This document shows positions 38,297 through 49,724 of a stretch of DNA of 64,000 nucleotides, piece by piece. How positions within the stretch are numbered: the first letter of the stretch is position 1; the number at the start of each line of letters is the position of its first letter. The stretch comes from Octopus sinensis. Lineage: Eukaryota. The position numbers and the translations under genes were made by a program. The notes under the pieces are model-generated. The model was not told the DNA's origin and did not search any database. It saw only the letters and a program-made list of their open reading frames with translations. The DNA lies in the NCBI RefSeq assembly GCF_006345805.1, contig NC_043018.1, forward strand, positions 10,230,001-10,294,000, read 5' to 3'.

Positions 38297-38443
38297 CTTA
38301 TTGGTCTCGCTCAAATTTTGTTCCTCTTGAATTTTTACCGTTTTACTTTTTATCTTCAGCAGTTCAAAGTTTTTCTTAGAATTTGCAGTTGAAAGTGCTA
38401 GTCTCCTAGTGCGCTTCTTGTCTTTCTTTCGCATGTACACGTG
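38297..38443 (-). CDS. Exon (49 codons, phase 0-0): HVYMRKKDKK...NLSETNK
   Basis: ttgttttgataactgCAG acceptor, AAG|GTAAGT donor, open frame. Confidence 0.82.
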
Positions 38444-39998
38444 CTGCAGTTATCAAAACAATATAAATAAATAATTAGTTGATTGATTATTTTAAGACCG
38501 GTTGAAATACATTTGAGGGAAATTTTAATGCATAAAAAGCTTTTCACTGCAGTTTGCCTATAGCAAAAAATATTCTCACTTAAGTCTTGGTGATGGTGCC
38601 AAGTAAAAAGCACCCAGAACACACTGTAAAGTGGTTGGCATTAAGAGGGGCATCCAGCCATAGAAACCAAACCAAAACAGACTATGGAACCTAATACAGC
38701 CCCTGGCCTTTCCAGTTCCTGTCAAGCCATCCAACCATGTCAGCATGGAAAATGGATGGTAAATATTGATGATGATGATGATGTTGAAAGCTAAAAGGTG
38801 TTAGAAGACCATAGTCAACTCAGAGCCCTCTATTGATGCATGCTGGCATATGCATGCATTCAAACTCTTAGTTCTCCTCAGTACCAGATAGCAAGGGAGA
38901 TAACTCTGACGTGGCTAGGAAGCAGAGTTTTTATAATAAGAAATTAGCCACTGGTTTCTTTTAGTATTTGATGTCCCTAACAGTGAAAGTTAAAACAATC
39001 TTTTGTCCAACAGAGGGCGCTCTGATCTGCCTATGGTGTTTTTACACCTTTCTGTATTAAGCGATAATTTTTTATCAATGACAAAATACAGTGAAATACT
39101 TTTTATTGATAAAAATGACCCTCAAACGTATTTGAACTGGTCTTCAGTTTATTTACTTCCAGACACTCTTTGCGCATCAACTAATGAATTACATTACATT
39201 AAATTACTTTAAATATATGGTGCTTATGAAATATTAATCCATGAAGCAGATGACTTGAATGTTGTCTTCTCATTCGTTCTTTTGGTAGGACAAAATGTAG
39301 ACCATGCATGCCGGTAAATAGGCTAATTAAAATAAAAATCATCATTTAACGTCTGTTTTCCATGCTGGCATGGGTTGGACAGTTTGAATGAAAATTGTTG
39401 AGCCGGGCGGGGATCTGCACTGGTTTTGATCTGATTTGACAAGGTTTCTATGGCTGGATGCCCGTCCTAACACCAAGAGAGCAGTAGGTGTCTTTTACAT
39501 GCCACTGGCCATGGGTGCCTTTGACCTGACACCAGCATCGGCCATGACTATGGTCTCACTTGGCTTGACAGGTCTATGTAGGTACGGTGTAACACCAAAC
39601 GTCTTGGTCACCTGTCACTGCCTCCATGAGGCCCAACGATGCTTTTCAAGCGCCACTAGCATGAGTGCCAGTCAGGCAGCACTGGCATCAGCCATGACTA
39701 CGATTTCACTCTGTTTGATGGATTTTCACAAACACAGCTTAATGCCAAATGTTTGAAGGGTGCTTTTAACAGACCAGTTATGTGACACTGGTGTACCAGT
39801 TACACACTAGGGTCGATATAATCGACTTAATCCATTTGTCTGTCTTTGTTCCCCCCCCCCCTGTGTACCCCCTGGTGGACAGTAAAGAAATAAGGAACAT
39901 TCGCACACCAGATGAAATGCTTAATGGTATTTTGCGGTGAACTGGCAGAAATGTAGCACGCCGGGCGAAATGCGTAGCCGTACTTCGTCCCCCACTAC

Positions 39999-40800
39999 GT
40001 TCTGAGTTCAAATTTCGCCGAGGTCGTCATTGCCCCTCATCCTTTCGGGGTCGATTAAATAAGTACCAGTTATGCTCTGGGGTCGATATAATCGACTTAA
40101 TCCCTTTGTCTGTCCTTGTTTATCCTCTCTGTATTTAGCCCCTTGTGGGTAGTAAAGAAATGGTATTTTGTCTGTCTTATGTTCTGAGTTCAAATTCCGC
40201 CGAGGTCGACTTCGCCTTTCATCCTTTCGGGGTCGATTAAATAAGTACCAGTTATGCTCTGGGGTCGATATAATCGACTTAATCCTTTGTCTGTCCTTGT
40301 TTGTCCACTCTGTGTTTAGCCCCTTGTGGGTAGTAAAGAAATGGGTATTTTGTCTGTCTTTATGTTCTGAGTTCAAATTCCGCCGAGGTCGACTTCGCCT
40401 TTCATCCTTTCGGGGTCGATTAAATAAGTACCAGTTATGCTCTGGGGTCGATATAATCGACTTAATCCCTTTGTCTGTCCTTGTTTGTCCACTCTGTGTT
40501 TAGCCCCTTGTGGGTAGTAAAGAAATGGGTATTTTGTCTGTCTTTATGTTCTGAGTTCAAATTCCGCCGAGGTCGACTTCGCCTTTCATCCTTTCGGGGT
40601 CGATTAAATAAGTACCAGTTATGCTCTGGGGTCGATATAATCGACTTAATCCCTTTGTCTGTCCTTGTTTGTCCACTCTGTGTTTAGCCCCTTGTGGGTA
40701 GTAAAGAAATGGGTATTTTGTCTGTCTTTATGTTCTGAGTTCAAATTCCACCAAGGTCGACTTCGCCTTTCATCCATTCGGAGTCGATAAATTAAATACC
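39999..40800 (+). repeat. Head-to-tail array of SINE B body, about 183-bp unit, four full copies plus a partial
   Basis: Unit starts at 39999, 40181, 40364, 40548 and 40732. Confidence 0.92.
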
Positions 40801-41284
40801 AGTTGTGTACTGGGGTCAATCTAATCGACTGGCCCACACTCCCTAAAAATTTCAGGCCTTGTGCCTAGAGTAGAAAAGAATATTTTTCTCCCCACACATT
40901 TATGCTGTTAAAAAATTTTGAAAATTTATGGTTTTTCTACCCCACTGCCTGCTTAACTCATTGTTTCTGTTTATAATTTAAAATATAGGAGAGACGGAGA
41001 AGTCATTGCTGGGATTTATTTATCCACTGATTTAAAAAAAAAGTTTGTGAAACATAATTTATTTTAATACTCTTTGTTTCAGTCATTTGACTGTGGCCAT
41101 GCTGGAGCACCGCCTTTAGTCAAGCAAATCGACCCCAGGACTTATTCTTTGCAAGTCTAGTACTTATTCTATCAGTCACTTTTGCCGAACCGCTAAGTTA
41201 CACACTAGCATCGGTTGTCAAGCGATATTGGGGTGGGGGGACAAACACAGACACACAAACATATACACATACACATACCTTCAT

Positions 41285-41346
<62 letters not shown>

Positions 41347-41463
41347 TATATTAGAGATAAAACCACTATTAGGCAAATCAAACAGTGAAAAATATAAACC
41401 AAAACATATACTGTGAAATTTGATTTAATCCTAAATCTAATTTTTCCCTGTAAGTTTGGATTT

Positions 41464-41525
<62 letters not shown>

Positions 41526-41733
41526 CACACACACACATATCTATGATGGGCTTCTTTTCAGTTTCCGTCTACCAAATCCCCTCACAAGGCTTTAGTCGGC
41601 CCGAGGCTATAGTAGAAGACACTTGCCCAAGGTGGCACACAGTGGGACTGAACTCAGGATCATGTGGTTCGTAAGGAAGCTACTTACCACTCCTACACCT
41701 AATACCATATTTTCCTGTGAGTAACTATGATAT

Positions 41734-41768
<35 letters not shown>

Positions 41769-42678
41769 TGATCTCATTTTGCTAATTGGGGGAGGGGTAA
41801 AAATTTAAATTACAAAATTTTTTTATGGTTGCTTACGTGTTAATTCTGCATCATAATTCCATAAAATGTGTTTATGGGGAGAAAAATATTGAAAAACATC
41901 AGTACATGTGAGAACAATAAAGAAACAAGGAATATGGTTGTGGGATGTGCTAGAAAAAACAACCAAATCTCCTTTAAATCTCACATGTTTTCCTTTGAAA
42001 ATATTTTTTTTCAATGAAAAGGCTTCTCCCATGGTTTTTAAGTATATAGTACCAAAAAAATTGGCCAAAATTGGTCAAGAGTAGAGGGGTGAGTGGGTGA
42101 GAGGACATGGGTGGGGGTGAAAACCATAAATTTAATATATTTTTTTCTTAATAAGATGCCTTCCCCACCACACAAATCATTTTGAAGACTGTGGTAAAAA
42201 AAAACTGGAAGAATCATTGTCAAAACAGAGAAAATCCAACTTATGTAAATATCCTGATCCAAAACTCCCACACCATTTTAATACCAACCAGTCTGAGATT
42301 TCCTTGAATTCTTTAATTCAAACTTCCTGTTTTGAAGTGATTTGGATTAAGACATTTTCCTTCAGACATCAGTGTTAATTGATGTGGATTAATGTTCAAA
42401 ACAGCAGTATATTGTACCAAAATCTGAATTAGTTCCTGAATCAACTGAAATGAAGCCAGAATATTTCAAGAGAAATATGGTCAAAAATAGCTGAACTTCT
42501 ACTCATGACCATCCCTAATTTTGTGACACAAACGCCTTATTTTAAAATGATCCAAATCAAAACTCTCCATCAAAATTCTTTGTTCATTTATATTCCAAAC
42601 AAAGTTATTTTACTGAATTCTTCACCATTTTCAAAATTAATTGAAAGGAATTTTATGGATCAGCATATTTCAAAATAA

Positions 42679-42689
<11 letters not shown>

Positions 42690-42713
<24 letters not shown>

Positions 42714-43385
42714 AATTATTGTATACAGTGTTCAGGTGCACCACAACTTGTCAGAAAGTGCGTACAGAGTATATGCAGTAATGTACAAATGTCTGGAAAG
42801 CGAACAATGTATGAGTCAGATACATGCTTGTGTGTGTATGGAGGGGAGGAAATCAGGTGTAGTGTTGGCGAATCTCAGGAAGCATGGAAGTTTTGAAGGA
42901 TGCAGTGCTCCGACAACTAACAACTGATGCCGGCAGTTTGTTCCATGCTTCAGCAACTCTCAGCGTGAAAAAATGTTTCCTAAAGTCATGGGAGCTGTGC
43001 TGTTTTCTGACTTTGTAACATATGTCCACAGGTGTTTGACAGGTGAAGTTTGAAAAGGTGCTCAGAGTTATTGTTTGTAAGATGGTTGATAATTTTATGG
43101 GTGTCTGCCAAGTCAGCTGCCAGACGTCGGAGTTTCAATGTGTCCATGCCCAGGGAAGTAAGGCGTTCAGAATATGGCAAATGCCTGATGGAGGGTATTC
43201 TTTTGGTTGCACGTCGCTGAACAGCTTCCAGACAATTGATATCCTGGGCAAGATAGGGGTTCCAGATCAGTGATGCAAATTCCAGATGAGGTCTTACCAT
43301 AGCTATATAAAGCCGCAGATAGATAGCCGGAGAGTGGCTCACAAAGGATTTGGTGAGTGATGCCAAGACACCCTCAGCCTTCTGG
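42690..43385 (-). mobile_element. 5'-truncated CR1/L2-type LINE
   Basis: LYIAMVRPHLEFASLIWNPY, LEAVQRRATK, YSERL..LGMDTLKLRR; (ATT)n tail. Confidence 0.9.
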
Positions 43386-43530
43386 TGACAAAAGGTTTAA
43401 AACAGAAAGTTTGCATCATAGAAGTAGAAGTAGTCTAAGGTAGATTGGTATCAAAAGAATCAAAGACATTTTCTGGAATTAAACAGCATAGAATTTGGAA
43501 GACTGAATGTAATGAATTTAGATATCTTAC

Positions 43531-43818
43531 CTTTCCTGGTGCTGCTGGAAAGCCTAGAGATTTGTAATATTTTTTGGAGTGTTTCACATCCAGTATAATG
43601 CCATGTTGATTTAACCTATTTTCACCAGTGAATGATTGGCAAGCTGATGACTGTTTTTTATGATGCTTGGGATACTGTAGGTTCTCGATTCGAAATTGAT
43701 TCACAAGGCCTTTGCCAATTAAAGGTTCATTCAATTCCACCAGTGGAACTACTGGTGAGTATATACGGAAATTTGGTAGCCTATTGTAGCCATGATACTT
43801 TCTTTCAAGAGACACAGG
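43531..43818 (-). CDS. Exon (96 codons, phase 0-0): PVSLERKY...FPAAPGK
   Basis: ttttgttttcttgctaattgTAG acceptor, AAG|GTAAGA donor, open frame. Confidence 0.88.
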
Positions 43819-44201
43819 CTACAATTAGCAAGAAAACAAAAAAAAGATAAATAAAAGTCAAAAAGCAATTAAAAAAACATTTAAACAATGTTGGGTGTAT
43901 TAAATATTCTTATATGTCTTCTGTTTTGCACTTGTTAAAGTCAGATTAAAATAGTACTCAATACAAGTGCAAAGCATTCATTAATTCACATATATATCTG
44001 TGTGTGTGTGTGTGTGTGTGGCAAGAGAGAGATAGAGTGGAGGAAGAAGGAGTGACTAGTTAAAGTCAGATTAAAATAGTACTCAATACTAGTCACTCCT
44101 TCCCCACTCTCCTTCTTCCCCCGCTCTATCTCTCTCTCTTGCCACACACACACACACACACACAGATATATATGTGAATTAATGAATGATGAAGGACTTA
44201 C

Positions 44202-44274
44202 ATAGCCACTTTCTTTAGATGTGAGGACATTGAGGGCGAATGCAGGTGAATCCAGGTGAATCCAGGTAAGCAAG
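44202..44274 (-). CDS. Small exon (73 nt as assembled; 63 nt and phase 0-0 if one copy of a 10-bp tandem duplication is removed: LAYLDSPAFALNVLTSKESGY)
   Basis: Long polypyrimidine tract plus CAG acceptor, TAT|GTAAGT donor; end phase 0 matches the next exon. Confidence 0.7.
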
Positions 44275-44778
44275 CTGTTGATGGTGGAGAATAAGACAGG
44301 AAGAGAAAAGCATATACAGGCTGGCCCACAAATCACTGAGGGGTTGCAATTTTTGATAATTCTTTGATCTTTTTGACATTTCTCTTTTGTTTTCAGGAAT
44401 TTTATGGATCAGGTCTTGGAAATTAATTACAGAAGAATATGACACCACACGATGCACCTAAGTGGTGAAATTGTTCTATTAAATTCAGGAGTCAATTATT
44501 CAAAGCCAGAGAACATATCATTGGCACTTTCAAGTGAGAGATGCCCCAAGTGAAAACACATTTAGGCACTTATTGCTGTACTGGTTTCAGTCATTTGACT
44601 GTGGCCATGCTGGAGCACCGTCTTTAGTCAAACAAAGTGACCCCAGGACTTATTCTTTGTATGCCTTGTACTTATTCTACCGGCCTCTTTTGCCAAACCA
44701 CTAAGTTATGAGGATATAAAGACACCAATGTTGATTGTCAAGCAATGGTTGAGGGACAAACGCAGACACACAAGCTTA

Positions 44779-44813
<35 letters not shown>

Positions 44814-44851
44814 ATATATAGATATATATATGTATGTGCATATATATGTAT

Positions 44852-44887
<36 letters not shown>

Positions 44888-45186
44888 ATATGTTAGTGTG
44901 TCTGTATTTGTCCCCCCAACATCGCTTGACAATCGATGCTGGTGTGTTTAGGTCCCCGTAACTTAGCAGTTCAGCAAAAGAAACCGATAGAATAAGTACT
45001 AGGCTTGCAAAGAATAAGTCCTGGGATCGATTTGCTCAACTAAAGGTGGTGCTCCAGCATGGCCACAGTCAAATGACTGAAACAAGTTAAAGAGTAAAGA
45101 GTATATATATATATGTATATGTATGTGTGTATATATATGTATGTGTGTATATTTATATATATGTATGTATATATATATGTATGTAT

Positions 45187-46215
45187 GACACACCGGTCTC
45201 ACGCCATTTCCGCTCCACCGGTCACTCCTTGCAACACCTGTCTGTGTTCGGATTGTCCTTGCACAGAGGCCATCCGGATTCCCGTTTGCGCCGTGAACAG
45301 GAATTAATCTTCTCTCTTCGCTCTTTCACGCCATTTGGTCTCAACTCTCCCCCTTCTCATCTAACCTCCCCCGACTCCTACTTCTCTTTCTCTCCTCTTC
45401 TTTCCTCTTTCTTCTTCCTGCTTCCCCTTCTCTCTTTCTCTCTGCTCCCTCACTCCCCTCCCCTCCCCTCCTCCTCTCCTTTCCCACCTCCCTCCTCTTC
45501 TCCTCTCCTTATTTCTCCCCATCTCCCCTCCCCCTTCCCTCTCCTCTCCTTCCTTCTTTTCCCCCCTCACCCCCTTATCTCATCTCTCCTCCCTCCTCCT
45601 CCCCCCTCCCCCCCCCTCATCTCTCTTCCCTCCTCCACTCCTCCCTCTCTCTTCTCTCCCCCTTTCACTCTCCCCACAACCCCCACTCTACCCCAACCCC
45701 CACTCTACCCCAACCCCCAGCCGAACCCACACCCCACCTCCCCCTTTTACTCTCCCCACAACCCCCACTCTACCCCAATCCCCAGCCAAACCCACACCCC
45801 ACATGGGCTTTCCCCACCTCCCACCACACTACACCATACGACATTACACATCACATCATACATACATACACACGTCCAGACCTTTCACACGCACATACAT
45901 ACTTTCTCATACACACACGCACCCTTATGTTGGGGCGAGGTCATTTGACCTTATTATCTCCCCTACTATCGCTCTTGCGTCTAACGTCTGATCTCTGACT
46001 TCTGGCCGAAATCAGACCGCCATGTTGATTCGTTAGCTCCTGCATGCATTTTTTTTCTCTCCTTGTTTCTTTTCTGTTTATCTTTCTGTTGAAGAGCGTA
46101 GGCTCGAAACGTAAAAGACTTGTTTTATTTCTATTCCTGAGCACCATACTAATACAATTGTTTGTTTGTACTCCACCTGCCTTCGTCTTTTGTTTATTTT
46201 CATAAAGCTTCCCGT
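45187..46215 (+). mobile_element. Penelope-like element 3' part (GIY-YIG C-terminus, pyrimidine-rich spacer, HHR repeat)
   Basis: PVSRHFRSTGHS..LSVFGL...RREQELIFSL...PFGLN; HHR-like motif at 46081; ends in (TA)n. Confidence 0.78.
46081..46118 (+). ncRNA. Minimal hammerhead-like motif with CUGUUGA core variant
   Basis: TCTTT-CTGTTGA-AGAGC-GTAG-GCTC-GAAAC-GTA-AAAGA. Confidence 0.55.
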
Positions 46216-46255
<40 letters not shown>

Positions 46256-46256
<1 letters not shown>

Positions 46257-47102
46257 TAGCAGAATTGCCCGGCGTTGCTCGGGGCTGAATTGCTTGAAAG
46301 TACTGTTAATGATTGCACTGAATTATGATGATTATTCAGGCAAATATTGATATAAGTTTACGGTGGGAGATAAGGACTTAATGATCAAACGTGTGCCATT
46401 GCATTGTTTTGGGGGAACCAAATTTCTGATGAGCATTATAGGGGCACCAACTTTAAGTTTGAGAAAGTGTGGTGGTAGCCCGGGGTGCTCAAAGGAATTG
46501 AGTACCTCTATTGGATAGTTGATGACGTCCTCTGGGTCAGGAGTTGTATCGATAGACTGATATACATAGACTTCCCCAGGAATGAGTTTTAGCATTTCAT
46601 CATTAATATGGTGAACAGTTTTATTCCTCGGGGCCAGTATAGCCTTTTTGCCAATCCAATCCATATTCTGATAATTAGCTTGTAGATCTGGGAACACTGC
46701 ATCTCTGAGATCAGAAGGCGTCTTAACAATGGTACAAATGGAATCGATGGCAATATTACCATTTTCATCCCCTGGTATTTTGCCTTCGCCAAGTGCAAGG
46801 AGGGTGTGAGGAAATGCTGCTGATGTGATATTACGTCGCATATGAGCACGCATATTGGTGTGAAGTTTGAGAGTTACTTCCGTTTATTTAAAAAAATATG
46901 CATTAAAATGGAAAAAAATGATGGTAAATTATTTGTAAAATCGTAGACTCATCATAGACGCGCGCTAATACCCAGAAGGGCTCGATATGAATCACGACTA
47001 TAAGATACCCGGTTTTGGTTAAACTGCATCGCAAAATGTGGGAGTAGTTAGGAATCTAAATCGGAGTAGACAGACACACAACCTTTCTTTTATATATAAA
47101 TA
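46256..47102 (-). mobile_element. Internally deleted Helitron with a Pif1-helicase fragment
   Basis: AILAPRN, YPIEVLNS..PGLPPH.LKLKVGAPIMLIRNL..CNGTRL; 3' hairpin plus CTAG|T; termini shared with 62370-62768. Confidence 0.9.
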
Positions 47103-48189
47103 TTTTTGTCCTAAAAAACTTTGTGCGGAGTGAATGGTTACCTCTATGGAAATATATACACACACATTATACATACATCTGTGTATAGATGAATATATAA
47201 ATACATTTAAATATCTATATACACTTTTGGGCGATCTTTCTGCTACTTGGATATACTTTAGATCTTATATTCGTCCTAAAAAACTTTGTATGGAGTGAAA
47301 GGTTACCTCTATGGAAATATATACACACACATTATACATACATCTGTGTATAGATGAATATATAAATACATTTAAATATCTATATACACTTTTGGGCGAT
47401 CTTTCTGCTACTTGGATATACTTTAGATCTTATATTCGTCCTAAAAAACTTTCCTGTCACACACTCACACACATGCACACACACACACACACACACACGC
47501 GCACCCTCACACACACACACACACACATACACACGCACACACACACACACACGTTAGCTTACAATTTTATTTATATATTTGCGTGTCTATGTGTGTAAAG
47601 AGGAAGTGGGAATGCAGAGTCAAAGAGTGAAATGGTAAAATATTGAGTTTTCTCGAATTTTTTCTGAAATGGGGGTGAAATTGAAAGAAATTTTGTATGC
47701 CATGACCGAATGGAAGTACTTTGAAAAATCATAGGTAAACTCTAATTGAAGAAATTGTGTGAGGAGTAAATCGTTATGTATTTATTTGTTTCTGTTTGCT
47801 GTGTTGTTTTTTTTTTTGAGTAGTGGTTTAAGGTACACTTCTCTCGTTTTATAGAAATACTTTCATTTTAATCGTTGCACACTTGCAAAGAGAAAGGAGG
47901 AGAAATTAGGGTGATAGCATGAGTGAAGCAGATCACTCCGTTTTTGTGTGTGTGCGTGTGCGTGTGCTGTAGCCCACACTAAGAAAAGCACTTAACTTAC
48001 ACACCACAATGTGAGTTTTCTCGAAATTTTGCTTAATTGGGGTTGAAATTTGAAAAACCAGACCTGGCACGACCCGATGTATTCTACTCTTAAAAATGCT
48101 AGGTAAATTGTAATTGAAGAAATCCTATATTGTAGATTTCTATAAGAGACAAAGGGAGGCAGATAAAATCTGCCTTTTATAATAAGAGA
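47103..48189 (-). mobile_element. Probable second non-autonomous Helitron-like element with a two-copy repeat of about 166 bp
   Basis: A|TCTCTTATTATAAAAGGCAG 5' terminus at 48189; duplicated segments at 47103-47455, and at 47620 versus 48010. Confidence 0.5.
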
Positions 48190-49131
48190 TATATATGACA
48201 GACTTCTTTCAATTTCTACCAAATCCACTCACAAGGGTTTGGTTGGCCTGAGGCTATAGTAGAAGATACTTGCCCAATGTACCACACGGTGGGACTGAAC
48301 CCAGAACCATGTGGTTGGGAAGCAAGCTTCTTACCACACAGCCACATCTGTGCCTATGATCATCATTTTGGAAAACAAGGAGCAGTATGTGATCTCCCAT
48401 GATCTGGGAGACCTCACGCTGTCAGAACTGATGAGGTGAGGAAATGAGTGCGAGAAAGTATTAAACAGAATCTGGGGCACATCAACTTGAACACAGTTCA
48501 AACAGCTTGGGATTTCATAAACCTCACTGCAAAAAGTTCTCCTCACTCTTAACCTTTTTCTATGCAAGGTACAGTTAGATTAACAGTTGAAGCCCCGGGA
48601 CTATGAACACAGGCTCCAATATGCTGCCCAGGAAGTGCTTCAAAATTACCTAAGTTTTACACAAAAATTGATCTGAAGAAACTCACTTTCATTTGAATGG
48701 ATTCATCAACAGACAAAATTGTCAGTTTTGGGGCTCTGAGAATCTGAATGCACCAAAGAGAATTGTGCACCATATGGTGTTAAGCTGACAATAGGTGCCA
48801 TTTGAAAGATATCATTTTTCATATGTAATGCAGAGGTATAATGAAAAAGGACTAATGCAAATCAATATCCAATATCTCCTCTATATTGAATTAAAATTTC
48901 ATACTATTTGTAAAAATAAGGGAGATATTAAAAATTGAAACCTCTCAGTGACTTCTGGGCCTCCCACTATATATACACAAGTAAGCACATAGATGCAAAA
49001 CACGGGGGCAAAAAATGATACTCAAATACTAGAGGTAGGGTAATATGACTTTTCATTAAAGCTGCAAAAACAGTTACTCAGAGTTTCTTATTCATGCTCA
49101 TCAGGCAGCTGTGATCAAGAATCTTGATCAC

Positions 49132-49172
49132 AACTATCTGATGAATGGAACATGAAACTCTGAGTAACAGTT
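49132..49172 (+). ncRNA. Minimal type I hammerhead motif (GUA)
   Basis: AACTAT-CTGATGA-ATG-GAA-CAT-GAA-ACTC-T-GAGT-A-ACAGTT; one mismatch in stem I. Confidence 0.7.
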
Positions 49173-49724
49173 ATTTGGGGGTGGGGCGGTGATGTTTTTG
49201 CAGCTTTAATTAAAAAGTATATACACGGTTCCGGGTTCAGTCCCACTGCGTGGCACCTTGGGCAAGTGTCTTCTGCTATAGCATCGGGCCGACCAAAGCC
49301 TTGTGAGTGGATTTGGTAGACGGAAACTGAAAGAAGCCTGTCGTATATATGTATATATATATATATATGCTGTGTGTGTGTGTTTGTGTGTCTGTGTTTG
49401 TCCCCCCAACATCGCTTGGCAACCGATGCTGGTATGTTTACGTCCCCGTTACTTAGCGGTTCGGCAAAAGAGACCGATAGAATAAGTACTAGGCTTACAA
49501 AGAATTAGTTCTGGGGTCGATTTGCTCGACTAAGAGGCGGTGCTCCAGCATGGCCACAGTCAAATGACTGAAATAAGTAAAAGAGTAAAGAGTAAGAGTA
49601 TGTATATATATATATCTTGCTATTATGCTTAAGTGTCATAAGTCCAAAATGTTGCTTTTATACACACACACACAGATATATGTTGTGTATATGTTACAAT
49701 AAATGGTCCAAATTTGTACAATCA

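Larger units (their letters stand above)
44317..48970 (+). mobile_element. Decayed Tc1/mariner transposon with about 3.8 kb of nested insertions
   Basis: Matching TIRs (CAGGCTGGCCCACAAATCACTGAGGGGTTGCAATTTT and reverse at about 48930-48968); transposase pieces VVKLFY..HFQVRDAPSENT (44460-44580), SGRPHAVRT, QLGIS, EETHFHLNGFINRQNCQFWGSEN (48360-48760). Confidence 0.8.

Noticed and set aside
39999-40800. CRISPR-like regular repeats (also 59929-60040 and 29750-30080)
   Set aside because: No unique spacers and no cas genes; these are eukaryotic SINE/LINE-derived tandem repeats.
44277-44457. Minus ORF DLIHKIPENK... as an upstream extension of the 44274 exon
   Set aside because: Most of it (from 44317) lies in the Tc1/mariner TIR and 5' region; open by chance.
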